From Octopus vulgaris (taxonomy: Eukaryota): a stretch of DNA of 64,000 nt. Below, piece by piece: positions 1 through 14,145 of the stretch. Each line of letters opens with the position of its first letter. Positions within the stretch are counted from its first letter, which is position 1. The translations under genes were made by a program, and so were the position numbers. The DNA lies in NCBI GenBank assembly GCA_951406725.2, contig OX597838.1:29946001-30010000 (forward strand). Direction: 5' to 3'. Under the pieces are notes generated by a model. The model was not told where the DNA came from, ran no database searches, and was given only the letters and a program-made list of their open reading frames with translations.

Positions 1-1
1 C

Positions 2-121
2 TTGGGTGTCATTCGGATCCGTGCGGCCCACAAACGAACCCAGGTGGTTGCTGTAGATGAGAAGCAGGAAATGGAATGGGATAACTCTGCACTTAACATC
101 ACTGTGAATCCCATGGATCAG
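2..121 (+). CDS. CLSTN1: Calsyntenin, penultimate coding exon (partial, begins upstream of window): end of TM segment and first W-acidic motif
   Basis: LGVIRIRAAHKR...EMEWDNSALNITVNPMDQ matches the calsyntenin juxtamembrane signature (vertebrate LGVFRIRAAH...EMDWDDSALTITVNPME). Ends at donor CAG|GTAAGA (121/122), phase 0. Confidence 0.93.
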
Positions 122-149
122 GTAAGACGACATGGTCTGCATGGTTCTG

Positions 150-771
150 TGAGTGCCCGAGTGTCTGAATGCCCAAGTGTCTGAATGCCCGAGTGTCTGA
201 ATGCCCGAGTGTCTGAATGCCCGAGTGTCTGAATGCCCGAGTGTCTGAATGCCCGAGTGTCTGAATGCCCGAGTGTCTGAATGCCCGAGTGTCTGAATGC
301 CCGAGTGTCTGAATGCCCGAGTGTCTGAATGCCCGAGTGTCTGAATGCCCGAGTGTCTGAATGCCCGAGTGTCTGAATGCCCGAGTGTCTGAATGCCCGA
401 GTGTCTGAATGCCCGAGTGTCTGAATGCCCGAGTGTCTGAATGCCCGAGTGTCTGAATGCCCGAGTGTCTGAATGCCCGAGTGTCTGAATGCCCGAGTGT
501 CCGAATGCCCGAGTGTCTGAATGCCCGAGTGTCTGAATGCCCGAGTGTCCGAATGCCCGAGTGTCCGAATGCCCGAGTGTCCGAATGCCCGAGTGTCCGA
601 ATGCCCGAGTGTCTGAATGCCCGAGTGTCTGAATGCCCGAGTGTCCGAATGCCCGAGTGTCCGAATGCCCGAGTGTCCGAATGCCCGAGTGTCCGAATGC
701 CCGAGTGTCCGAGTGTCCGAATGCCCGAGTGTCCGAATGCCCGAGTGTCCGAATGCCCGAGTGTCTGAGTG
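150..771. repeat. 16-bp minisatellite (GAATGCCCGAGTGTCY), about 38 copies, in the last calsyntenin intron
   Basis: Tandem array seen directly; it explains the repetitive ORFs at 99-803. Confidence 0.97.
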
Positions 772-1053
772 CATAATTTTTTGTTACAACTATTGAAGTA
801 CATCCCTTTCAGAATATATCCATTCTACCAATATTACCCTAAAATCCCTGCCCCTAGAAACTTTCCAGAGGTACCAGGTGTTGCCATAAGTTGTTTTAAA
901 AATTATTTTTGGTTAAAATTTTGACATTTACTTCCCACCGTCTCTCCCACACTATTTGTACTCTTTTTATATATATTTTTATATACTATATATGTTATAT
1001 ATATATATTTATATACATATGTATTTTATATATATTTTTATATACTATATTTG

Positions 1054-1086
<33 letters not shown>

Positions 1087-1345
1087 GCTGGCTGGCTGGA
1101 TCACCGTCATTATCTCCCTTTCGCTTAGCTTCTTTCTTCCAGTCATTTCATTATGTCGAACCATTAGTCCTTAACACATTATTTTCCATTCTCTCTCCAT
1201 CTTTTCCTCCTGATCCTTTCTGTCGAAGAGCATAGGCTCGAAACGTAAAAGACTTTTCCGTTCTTCCCAAGGGCATTAAACTAATACACCTGCTTGTTCT
1301 TCCTACACCTATCTTTGTCTTTTTGTGTTCTGTAAATTTGAACTA
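1087..1345 (+). mobile_element. Penelope-like 3' terminal fragment in (TA)n, with a degenerate hammerhead-like motif
   Basis: Flanked by (TA)n; contains GAGC-ATAG-GCTC-GAAAC. The same 3' end (taaattt[g/c]aactatata) recurs at about 19385(-), 35935 and 61815. Confidence 0.5.
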
Positions 1346-1448
1346 TATATATATATATATATACACACATATATATATATGTTTATTTATTTATTTTTTT
1401 ATACATTTATTCTCATTTTGTTTTTCTCCTTCTTTCCATTTCCTCCAG

Positions 1449-1625
1449 CCTTATGATAGAGGTGACAGTGCCATGCAAGCATTACGTGTTGCCGACAGCG
1501 ATTCTGATGATGATGATGACGACACGTGTCATGACAGCTCCGAGGAGGAAGCAATGGAGAAAGGCACCGCTCCGACCAAAGTCGGTCGGGAGCTTGAGTG
1601 GGACGATTCCATCTTGTCTTTCTAA
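1449..1625 (+). CDS. CLSTN1: Calsyntenin, last coding exon: acidic tail and terminal LEWDDS motif
   Basis: Pyrimidine tract and CAG acceptor at 1448, phase 0, in frame with exon 2-121. PYDRG...DSDSDDDDDD...SSEEE...LEWDDSILSF* matches the calsyntenin C-terminus LEWDDSTLSY. Confidence 0.93.
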   Translation, partial: PYDRGDSAMQALRVADSDSDDDDDDTCHDSSEEEAMEKGTAPTKVGRELEWDDSILSF

Positions 1626-3035
1626 GCATGTGGAATATTTGTATGTATGTATGTATGTATGTACATATGTATATGCGTGTGTTTGTCATGTGGGAGGGAT
1701 GCACGCACACACATACATACTCATGCACACACATACACACACATATACACAAACACACACACACATGTGCATGCACATATATGAAACAGTAAGGAAGAAG
1801 AAAAAAAAAACGTAAAAACAAACAAAGATGATTGGAAAATAAGAAGAAAAAGCCTCTACAAAAACATTCTCAAAATTTAAAGAATGAAAATAAGCAAGAA
1901 CTTATACACACACACACACACATGCACGCACACACATCATATTACACACTCACACACACACATTACTAACAACAGCGGCACTACCACCAACCAAACATAC
2001 TACCATCACCCCTCTCCCCACCACCACCACCACCACCACCACCACGGCTGGGTCATCATCATCATCAACTACAACAAATCTTGAAACCTAATTGTCAGTT
2101 ATCAGCAAACAGGGGTTTTTTTTTTCCTCTCAAGAAAATTTACTACTACTACTACTACTACTGCTGTGGCTAGTGTTAATGCTTGTTTTAGCAATGGTAT
2201 TAGTACTACTACTACTACTAATACTTACTATTAATGTTATTACTACATTTACTAATATTTACAGCAAAGATTCTTACTACTACTACTACTACTACTACTA
2301 GTACTAGTAATAATAATAAAAATAATAATAAGGTTGATAACATTAACAACAATAATGATGATAATTGTAAAAATAACACTAATAGCATTGATGATAACAC
2401 TAATAATAATAATGATAATGGTAACATTAATATTAGTAATAATAATAACGATATGGTTATATTAATAATAAAAACTAAAATTTAATTCTTCAAAGAAAAG
2501 GAAAAAGTTTGGGATAAAATTGTAAAAAAAAACTAATAAAGGAACAAGAAGAAAGCAAGACTAAGTGTAGTGAATAATTAATAATAATTAATAATAATAT
2601 AAATGATGATGCTACTGCTACTACTAGTAATAATAATGGTAATAATTATCGTTCTTGGTGAACTGATGATGTAAATGATGATGATAGTGATGATGATGAT
2701 GGTTATGCTAATGATGATGATAGGGATGAAGTCAGTGATGATTAAATATGATGATAATAATTATAATAACGAGAACGACAGAGTCGTTATTGGGAGCTGA
2801 TTAAAAGAAACAAAGGAAAAAAAATGCTGAGGAAAAATAAAATTAAAAAAACCGAATTAACAAGAGAAACATTATTATTAACAATAATGATAATAATAAT
2901 AATTGATGATGATGATGAAAATTAAAATATTCTGTATAAATTAATTAAATAAATAAAAAAAATCAGAAAAATTAAAACAAAAAAAAAACTTCCTAAATGG
3001 AAGAAATTTTTTTTCAAAATCAAATGTTCATCAAA

Positions 3036-3083
<48 letters not shown>

Positions 3084-4344
3084 GTCATCATCAAAGGCGA
3101 CGGATTGGCAGGTTAGGTAGGGTGTCGGACTAAAATGCCTTGTGGTGTTGAAGTTAATGTCCCTTTTACCTTCTGAGTTCAAATCCCACCGAGATTCGAC
3201 TTTGCCTTTCTTCCTCTTCCAGGGGTCGAGGAAAAAAAAAAAGAAAAAGAAAAACCAAGTACCAGTGAAATACTGGGGAGGAGAGGCAGAGCTGATATAA
3301 TTAACTCTTATAGCTATTCCCTTGGCCTTGTGCCTACGTTAGATTCATAATCATCATCATCATCATTATTATTGTTATTATTATTATTATTATTATTATG
3401 ATTATTATTATTGTTGTTGCTGTTATCCATGTTGTTATTCCTATTTCTCAGAACTTTAGCCAAACAAATAATGGAAGAATATTAAAAAAAAAAAAAAAAC
3501 CTCAAAAAAACCCCCAAAATGTTCTTTTTCATTTGAGATGGTTAGAGATAGAGAGAAAAAGATAGACAAACAGACAGACAGATAGTGGTGTAAGAGAGAT
3601 ATAGATAGACTGAGAAATAAAGGTGCAAGAAGTTTAGACAGATCAATAGGTGATTAATGATTGATAAAAAAGATAAATAGATAAAAGGAATATTAATGGC
3701 ATATATATTTTTCTGACCTGTAAAGGTCACAGACGGGGTTAATTTCTACTGATTCTGTTATTAAAGGACAAAAAATATCAAAACCCACACACAAAAAAAA
3801 GGATAGGTATAAAAGGAGGGTAAATAAGAAAAATAGGCAGGTAAATATGTGTAGATAGAAAGAGATAGATAGAGAGAGAGAGAGAAGTAAAAGTATGAGA
3901 TGAGTAGAAGGTGGAGAGGTAGAAGTTTAAGAGATTTATATAGATGGGTAGTGGAGTAGGGGTAGATTGAGGAAAACGACCAATATCTTCAGGAGGGAAC
4001 CGAAATGTTTAGAATCTTTGAGTTGGTAACATGAGGATAGACAGAGGGAGGAAGTCAGAATGAAATGAGAATTTGTTTGTGTGATTGATAGACAAAGAGA
4101 GAAGTATACTGAAAGAAATATATGTATATATATATATGTATATATATATATGTATATATATATATGTATATATATATGTATATATGTATATATATATGTA
4201 TGTATATATGTATATATGTATATATATGTATATATGTATGTATATATATATATGTATATATGTATGTATATATGTATGTATGTATATATGTATATATATA
4301 TATGTATATATATATATGTATATATATATATACATACATATATA

Positions 4345-4577
4345 GGGCGGCGAGCCAGCAGAATTGTTAGTACACTGGGCGAAGTGCTTAGCTGTATTTT
4401 GTCTGCCATTACGTTCTGAGTTCAAATTCCGCCGACGTCGACTTTTCCTTTCATCCTTTCAGGGTCAATTAAATAAGTACCAGTTACTCACTGGGGTCGA
4501 TGTAATTGACTTAATCCCTTTGTCTGTCCTTGTTTGTCCCTTCTGTGTTTAGCCCCCCTGTGGGCAATAAAGAAATG
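4345..4577 (+). mobile_element. tRNA-derived SINE, family A (ggcggcgagctggcag head), full length
   Basis: A-box/B-box head (gagttcaaattcc), central ctttcatcctttcggggtcgat domain, aaagaaat tail; dozens of copies in the window. Confidence 0.85.
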
Positions 4578-6472
4578 TATGTATGTATGTGTTTTTCTTC
4601 TCTAAGGAGTCTTTACAGAATTAAGCTTTTGGTGGTGGTGTTTCTTGATGGTCGTCATACTGGTTGCTGTGTTTAGCCCCCTCCCTCCCATCCTAGGTCA
4701 TTCCTAGGAGAGCAAACCGAAGGATCGGTTGTGTTTTCGTTGTGATCACTCCAGTCTTGTTGCTTTTTTTATTCTCTTATTTCTTTTTTTTTTTGTTCCA
4801 CAGCAAACTGGCTGGTAGGGTGTGGCTTCTTGCATGTCCAGTAACCCAACCCTGCCCAACGTAGACGTTCCCCCACCTCCGCTCCTTTAAGGCCCAAAGT
4901 CAGATAGGCTCTTAGTCAGGGTATTAGTTTAGACTTTGTTATATAGTCATGGCAACTCCTCTTCCATCCATCCCTCATCACAGCTTTTAATTGTTAGCGA
5001 GATGAAATGCTTAACAGCATTTCACCTGCCTTTAGTTCTGAGTTCAAATCCCACCAAGATTTACTTTGTTTTCCATCCTTTGGTGGTGGCACTGAGGGAT
5101 CAATAAAATAAGTACCAGTTAAGTACTGGGGGTTGAAGTAATTGACTTAACGTCTTTCCTTTAAGAAATTGCAGGCCTTGTGCCTAAAGTAGAAAGGATT
5201 ATTACCATTAATAAGGCAGTGAGCTCGCAGAACCGTTGGTGTTGGTAGAAAAGCTTTGTGGTGTTTCTTCTGAACCTTTATGCTCTGTGTTCTAATCCTG
5301 CCAAGATTTTCAACTTTTTGGGGTCCCAGTCACATACTGAGGTTGATGGTGGCAATGAGTCATCTCCCTTTATAAGATTGCTGGCCTTGTGCCCAAATCA
5401 GAAACAATCAATATAATTGTTATTCTGGAGGAGGTGGGGGTTCATAAAGTACCAGTCATATGCTATGGGCCACTATAACTGATTATTGATTATACTCCTC
5501 TCCACCTCATACCCCCCCCCCAATCCCACCATGTCTATTATTAGAGATTTAATAAAATTTTCGTGCCAGAAAGGAAAAAGAAAATACCTTTTGGTATTTA
5601 CTTTCTTTGACATCCTGAGTTCAATTCCTGCGGAGGGTAAGTAAGAGGAGTGGGGGTGGGGTTTCGATAAAATTAGTAACGATCAAATAACTCGTCTTTT
5701 TAATCAAATAGTCTTCTTTTCTCCCTCTTTTCAAATGTGTGGCACCTGTACTCATCATCACCATCATCATCATCATCATATATTTGACCTCTAATACTGA
5801 AATGCATTACTAAATTTTTGTTACGCCCCCTCCCCCACTCATTCTTTGACTCCCCTCCCCCCACCCCGCACCAACAATTCAAGCTTCTTCGTTTGTGAGT
5901 TGGAAAATTCTATGACTAGGGTCTTTGATTCTTGTGAGTGTCTGCTGCTTTACCTTTCTTCAGCGCCCACCTTCAGAGAATGGAAACGGCATTGGTGTGT
6001 TTATGTGTGTAGTGTGTGTGTATGTGTGTGTGTGTGTGGTAGGGTAAAAAGCAGTGGTTGGTTTTTTTTTTTTTTTTGTTTTAGTTTAAAATGCAGAATC
6101 AAAAAAAAAAAAAAATTGGAGATGTTTATCTTTTTCTTTTTCAAATGACAAAATCAGAAAATCAAAATCAAAGAACCCCTCCCCCCTTCCTACATGCACA
6201 CACACACACATACATACACTCATACATACATACATACATACAAAAGAAATTCAAGTTCTGCTCGCTTCCTCTGCTTTCATTCGTCCCCTACCCATCTCAG
6301 TTTTGAAATTGAAAGAACCCTGCCCCCTGCACTATTTTATCTCTATCCTTTTCTTTCATCTTCGTCTGTCTATCTCCACTTTCCTACACTCTATCACCAA
6401 CTTTAAGATCTATCTATCTATATTTCCAGTTACCTATCTACCTGTCTATTTATCTGTCTATCCAGCTACCTG

Positions 6473-6540
<68 letters not shown>

Positions 6541-6653
6541 GCTACCTGTCTGTCTGTCTATCTATCTAGCTACCTGTCTGTCTGTCTATCTATCTATCTA
6601 CCTGTCTGTCTGTCTATCTATCTATCTACCTGTCTGTCTATCTATCTATCTAC

Positions 6654-6695
<42 letters not shown>

Positions 6696-7251
6696 GCCTG
6701 TCTATCTAGTTTTGTCAAATTGAATAATTAAGCAATTAAATTTAATTACAAGCTGAAATAAAATTTAAATCAATTAAAATTACTCTCTTGTCTTGCATTT
6801 TCTCTTTTTCTTCCCCCCTTCCAACCTTTTTACCGCTTACCACCACCACCACCACCACCACCACTGTTACTACTTTCCCTAGTGGTCCTACTACTACTGT
6901 CACTCAATATCTCCAGTGTCTCCCATGGCCACCACCACCAACCATGGTTGCATTGGTGTTGGTGTTACATGAAAATAACTGTTGATGATGATGATATGGG
7001 AATGGTGAAGGGCGGTTGTGTGAACTGCATCAGGGCCAACCCCTCTGCCCTTCCAGAGGGTGTTGAGTAGGGGGGAAATTAGAGCATGTAGGCAGGAGGA
7101 TATATCTAAAGGTGTGGGTAGGTGTGTGTGTGGGTGAAGAAGGTTGCACGTGGTTGAGTGAGGAGGGGAGGGCATGGTTGGTGGGGTTTCTTATCTGTGT
7201 ACATTCCAGTGTTCTTTTTATCTTTCTTTTATGATCTAGCTCCTCTTCATT

Positions 7252-7289
<38 letters not shown>

Positions 7290-8813
7290 TCTTTCCCTTT
7301 CTAAAAAAACCCAAATTAAATAGTGACCTTTTATCCTTTCAGAGGTGGTGGTGATAGTGGGGGTTAATTAAAAAAAAAATAAATCAGATACCAGTCATAT
7401 ACTGGGGTCCTGTAAATTGTCCCAGACTTGAATAAGACTTTACAAGGTGATGAAGACTTTGGACTACCAGCAGCATTGCCATCAGCACATCTTCAGAAGC
7501 AAAAAACAAAATGCCAATAAGCTGTACAAATTGCGTGTACTGCAGTACTGCATATTTAACAACATTGCATCTCTATCAAACCCACCGAAACATGGATGAT
7601 ATACTACAGAAAACCACCACTGTTTTATACCATCATACCATTCCATACCATTTCCATTCTTTGCTGATTGGTTCATGGTAGTTTCTACTTCTTCCTGAAA
7701 ATCTCCAGACATAAGCATGCACTTCCTTGAAGCATGTCAATGCATGTGCATGCCGTAGCACTTGAGAATGCAGTAAAATGCACACATACATCAGCTTAAA
7801 ACCAAGATGTGCATAGAACAAAAAATACCACACACACACATTTGGATATACATTGATATCTTGCTATGTACCATTCCTAACTCTGTTACAAATCGCTGCA
7901 TCATTCCATCCATCCTGCAACTTGCTGCATTTCTCAATGCACCACTCTATACTGAAGATATCACCACACTGCAATATTGAGAAAAAACACGTTAAACTCA
8001 CAAGAGTGCTATTTTCCAAAGGGAAATGCTGAGCTGGACACAAGGTACAACATATAGCTGTACACAAGCACGTGCAAACCTAAGCATCATTCAGTCTCGC
8101 AAAAATGCATTCGCACACTACAAATCTAAACATTTCAAACCCCCTCTGATACACACTACTCATGTTTTTTTTCTCCCTTGGCCTCATATATATTCATTCA
8201 CTACATATAGACCTTATTCCAACTCTGGTTTGGTTTTAAATGTGGTGTCAGTCAGTGTAAAAGAACAACACAAATGGGGTTTAAAATTTACTACAGCTGT
8301 TTCGGTAGCATTTTATAGATGCATTTATAAATTAGCATAAATCCACCACCCTCAGGCAAAAACCTTAAACAGGTGTACAATGGCAAGGTAAAATCTAGAT
8401 GACCTATTTACCACGTGATTCACTACTTATATATATCTTGTTTCAGTCATCAGACTGTGGCCATGCTGGGGCACAACTACCCTGTTATACACTCTCTCTC
8501 TCTTTCTCCATACATTTACACAATGGTATGCATATTCTTCAGTGTCACACTCTAACCCTGCATTATGCTACACTTCACTCTGTTGCACAACATTGACATA
8601 TTTACTCAACACTGCTGCATGCTGTTGCACTCCATTATTCCACACTAGGATTGCATTATAACTGTAAACAGTAACAACAACAACAATAATAATAAATTAT
8701 AAAAACTGTCTTAATTCAATAATCTGGGTGTCTTTTTTTTTCTTTCTCTCTCTCAGTATTTTTTTCTCTAAAATTCTCTCAGTAGCTTATGCCTACCAAT
8801 AAGTATTCCAGTT

Positions 8814-8846
<33 letters not shown>

Positions 8847-8866
8847 CACTACCACTACCACCACTA

Positions 8867-8915
<49 letters not shown>

Positions 8916-9253
8916 AATAGAATACTTAGCAGCATACCATTATCATCATTTGTAAGAATCTTAGGCATCAATAACAACCACAATGGCTCAAGCATTTCAG
9001 TGACCCTGTTGCAAACAATGCAGTGGCTCAGTTAGAATAGTGACCACCACTGATGGCTCAGCCGTAGTTCTAATAACAGACTGACTAAGTTTGCAACCAC
9101 CACCATCACCACCACCACCACCACCTAGCTACAATGACATTGGTGACATCTAACCCTTCCACTAACCCTTCTCTCCAACTGAAACACATCTATACTATAC
9201 TGCACATACATACATACATATATACATACCACACATATATGTACATACATACA

Positions 9254-9314
<61 letters not shown>

Positions 9315-9526
9315 CACACACTCATATTATACATATCATGTTTGCATTTTCTAGATAACTATGGAATGCTGTCGATGTATGGAGTTTTTTTTTATGTAGA
9401 TTTATGAAGATAAGGTTGTCTATTTGTCTGTCTGTGTCTCTTCACTCTCTCTTTCTGTCTGTCTGCCTGCTTCTCTCTCTCTCTCTCTTTCAAACTATTA
9501 GGAGGGCAATATTCTAGAATAAAAGA

Positions 9527-10605
9527 TGGCAGTGAGCTGGAAGAATTATTGGCATGCCGAACAAAATCCTTAATGGCATTTCGGCCGTCTTTATATTCTG
9601 AGCTCAAAATTCCGCCGAGGTTGACTTTGCCGTTTATCCTTTCGGGATCACCAAAATAAGCACCAGTGAAGCACTGGGGGGTGGGGGCAATGGAATTGAC
9701 TTACCCCCTCCACCCTGATCTTGCTGGTCTTGTGCCAAAATTTGAAACTAATATTCTAGAAGAAAAGTTTGGAATTCTAGGGTCTCAAAACTGTATTTTT
9801 CATTTACAGGAGAGGCAACTGGTAGTGGAGGTAACAGTGCCACCGTCTGTCTGTGTGTCTGCCTCACAGTAAATTTTCACTTTACTTACTATGACTGAGG
9901 TGGGGGAAGGGGACGAAGTGTATTTTTTTTTTTTTTAAGAATTTTTACTTCCTCCAAAATTAAGGTGCAGGTTTGTGTCAGTACTGCGTGCGTTTGCCTG
10001 GATTATTATTATTATTATCATTATTATTATTATTATTAAGCTGGTGAGCTGGAAGAATTATTAGCAAGCCAGGCAAAATGCTTGGTGGCATTTCATTCAT
10101 CTTCATGTCCTGAGTTCAAATTTCACCAAAGTCAACTTTGCCTTTAAATAAGGCAATGAGCTGGCAGATTCGTTAGCATGCCAGACGAAATGTTTAGTGG
10201 CATTTCATCTGTCCTTATGTTCTGAGTTCAAATTCCACCAACGTTGACTTTGCCTTTCTTCCATTTGGGGTCAATAAATTAAGCACCAGTATAGCACTGG
10301 GGACGATGTAACCAACTAGACCTCTCTCCCTCAAATTTCAGGCCTTGTGCCTATACTAGAAAGGATTATTATTATCATTATTATTATTTAAGGTGGTGAG
10401 CTGGCAGAATCATTAGCACGCTGGGCAAGATGCTGTAGCAGCATTTTGTCTGTCTTTATGTCCTAAGTTCAAATTCCGCCAAGGTTGACTTTGCCTTTCA
10501 TCCTTTCAGGGTCGATAAAATAAGTACCAGTTGAACACTGGGGTCAATGTAATTGACTCATGCCCTCCCCAAAAGTAGCTGCCCTTGTGGCAAAATTTGA
10601 AACCA
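9527..10605 (+). mobile_element. Cluster of four diverged family-A SINEs with (ATT)n tails
   Basis: Heads at about 9527, 10039, 10152 and 10392, all + strand. Confidence 0.8.
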
Positions 10606-10990
10606 TAATTATTATTATTATTATTATTATTTTTCACAACTCAATGCAGAGGTAAAAAAATGGGTGTAAAGAAATAAAAACCCCCCAAAAAACAAAAGGT
10701 TTTTTTTAATATTCTTCTAAGCTTTTTTTTTATTTTTAAATTTTGCTACCCTGGATGGTGGTGGTACTGGTGAGAGGGGGAGGAGTGGAGAGAGAAGATA
10801 TTCTGTGAAAGTGGAATAATTCTTCAAAACTATAAGCTTCCTTTTTATCATATCATTTTACAGTTTATGCATTTTGTGTCTATGACTGCATGTATAAGAC
10901 CATGTGTGTATATATATATGTGTGCATGTGCGTATGTATGCACTATATATATTTTATATATATATATATGTATATATATACATATGTATG

Positions 10991-11026
<36 letters not shown>

Positions 11027-11038
11027 GTATGCACTATA

Positions 11039-11080
<42 letters not shown>

Positions 11081-11929
11081 GTGTATGTAATGTACACACA
11101 CACACATATGTATATACCCCCCTAGCTGAAATATTAGGGCAGTGCCCCTAGGAAACCGTTTGATATATTTACTGCATAATTTTGACTTTTGCTTTGTTGT
11201 TCTGTTGCTTTTTATTTTTTTTGCTGCTGCAATGTTTTTTATGATTCTGCAACCGTATAATAAATACAGCTTTGATATACATATCCACACACACACACAC
11301 ACACATATATATACACACATCTGCATTTACTGACACTAAAAAACCCCCAAAGAATATCCAAGGATAGTATTTGACAAAAGTGTGTGAGTGTGTAGCTGGC
11401 TGTTGAACCTAAATTTTGTTTTTCCTCCTCGTTGCAAAGGTAATAGCTCTGCAAATCTGACGTACACCTTAATAGCAGCATCTTCTACAGGTTGCTGCTT
11501 AAACCAGGTGTGAATGAATGGAGGAAAGAACAAAAAAAAAAAAATGAAATAAAATAAATAAAAAAAAAAAATAAAGAATGGAAAAAAAAAAAGAAAGAAA
11601 AGATGAGAACTTGTGTCAATATAACATTACATAATTAATGGTCGAAATTCATCAAAACAAAAGGAAAACAAACTTATTTCTACATAACATTTGTTTTTTT
11701 TTCTCTGATTTTTCAACACATGTACGCATAACACATGTCTGTTATCTTTTATAACACAAATATATTATTTGCAATGTAGTGTGAAACAGTTATATATATA
11801 CAAAAAAAAAAATAAATATATATATATATATATAAACAGGACTTTTGAAAGAGATGTGTATTCATCATCATAATTGCAATTATTATTATTATTATTATTA
11901 ATATTATTATTGTTATTATTATTATTATT

Positions 11930-12784
11930 GTGAGGGTGGTGAACTGGCAGAATGGTTAGAGTATGGGACAAAATACTTATTGGCATTTCTTCTGGTCTTT
12001 CAAGTTCTGAGTTAAAATCCTCTCAAAGTCAGCTTTGCCCTTCATGCATTGAGGGTCGATAAAATAAAGTACCAGTCATGTACTGGGGTTGATGTATTTG
12101 GCTAACCAACCCTCTCCCTACTTCACTGAAAAACTTCTGGCATTGTGCCAAAATTTGAAACCATTATTATTATTTTTAATTACGCCAAGGTCGACTTTGC
12201 CTTTCATCCTTTTAGGGTCAATCAATTAAGCACCAGTTGAGCACTGGGGTCGATGTAATCGACTCATGCCCTCCCCAAAAGTGGCTGCTCTTGTGACAAA
12301 ATTTGAAATTATTATTATTATTATTAGGGTAGTAAATTGTGAGGGTTGGTGGTGAGAAATAGATTTAAAATTTTGTGCTGTTTAGTTACATCCCTTTACT
12401 GCTGTGTGAGTTCAAATCGCAGCCTTGACCACCACTACCACAAGGGGTCAGCTTTAAAGGTCCAGTGACATACAGATGGAGTGGGATCAAATTATTTGGC
12501 TATATTTGTTTCCCTATCCACTTCCACAAACATCACGAAAATCAATTACCCCAATTACACACGGCTTCTAATTTAGGCACCATTTTTTGGGGTGGCGAGG
12601 GAGACTCGTAGAGACCATTGACTCCAGGACTCGACTGAGTCTATATTATTGACTCTGAATACACGAAAGCAAAGCTGACCTCTATAGGACTTGAACTTGC
12701 AATGTTCTGAGTTGGAAGAAATGCTACGAAGCGTTTTTCTCGACACTTGAAAGATTCTTTCATTTTGCTACCAACAATGTTGAA

Positions 12785-12845
<61 letters not shown>

Positions 12846-13427
12846 TAAAGGCGGTGAGCTGGCAGAATGGTTAGCGCTTTGGATAAAATGTTAAGTGGAA
12901 TTTTGTTTTTCTGGCTCTTTTAATGTTCTGAGTTCAAATTCTGCCGAGGTCCACTTCTGCCTTTCATCCTTTCTGGGGTCGATAAAATAAAGTACCAGTT
13001 ACGGTACTGGAATCAATGTAATCAACTAACTTCCCACCCACTCTTGAAGAATGACTGGCCTTGTGCCTAAATTTGAAACTTAGAGTTATTCCAAAAAAAA
13101 AAAAAAAAAAAATGGAGAACCGAAAAAATTCCCAAGATCTTTTTTTCGGTGAAGTTTCACCTACGAAAAAAAAAGAATAAAAGGAAAAGAAAATAACAAA
13201 ACAAAACAAAACAAAGAAGCATCAACATACTTCTTCATGAGATAGAAAACAGCTTAAAAAAAATAAACAAAAAGAATGAAAAAATGAGACTGTCCTCCAA
13301 GATATTTTGTCTATCCTGTGGTTTGTGTTGTCGGTAAATAAAAGAACTCAATACTTGAGACTACGTTTCGTCTCAAGATTACAATAGATAAAAACTTTTG
13401 ATACTTTTTCATTTTTTTCTTGCACGC

Positions 13428-13466
<39 letters not shown>

Positions 13467-13940
13467 TATATAAGGCGGCCTGCTGGCAGAATCGTTAGCA
13501 TGTCAGACAAAATGCTTAGCGGTATTCCGCCCGTCGCTACATTCTGAGTTCAAATTCCGCCGAGGTCGACTTTGCCTTTCATCCTTTTTGGGGTTGATGA
13601 AATAAGGACCAGTTGAGCTCTGGGGTCGATGTAATTGACTAACACCCTCTTCCCTTGGGCCTATTGTAAAAATGCATTATTATTATTATTATTATTGCTG
13701 TTATTAGTGTTGTTAAGGTGGGGAACTGGTCGAATCATTAGCATGTTGAACGAAATGCTTAGCAGTATTTATTCCGGCTTTTTACGTATCAAGCTCAAAA
13801 ACCAGTGAGGATAACTTGGCCTTCCATCCCTTTGTGGGTCGCTAAAATAAAGTACCAGTCAGATACTGGGGATTAATATAATCGACTTACATCCACTCCT
13901 CACCTCTCCCAGAAATGTCAGGCCTTGTGCCTAGAATAGA

Positions 13941-13973
<33 letters not shown>

Positions 13974-14145
13974 TTCTGGCTCTTTATGTTTTGGGTTCAA
14001 ATCCCGCTGAGGTCAAATTTGCCTGTCATCCTTTCAGGGGGTTGATGAAATAAAATACCAGCGAAGCACTGGGGGCCAATGACATCGACCACTCCCCATT
14101 CCCCTACCAACTTCAGAATTGCTGGCCTTGTGCCAAAATTAGAAA
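11930..14145 (+). mobile_element. Cluster of diverged family-A SINEs (one degenerate minus copy at about 12570-12775)
   Basis: Heads or bodies at about 11932, 12185, 12400, 12849, 13473, 13716 and 13975, mostly separated by (ATT)n. Confidence 0.75.

Noticed and set aside
99-803. 234/218-aa repetitive ORFs, or a CRISPR-like array
   Set aside because: Read-through of a 16-bp minisatellite with no spacers, inside a eukaryotic intron.
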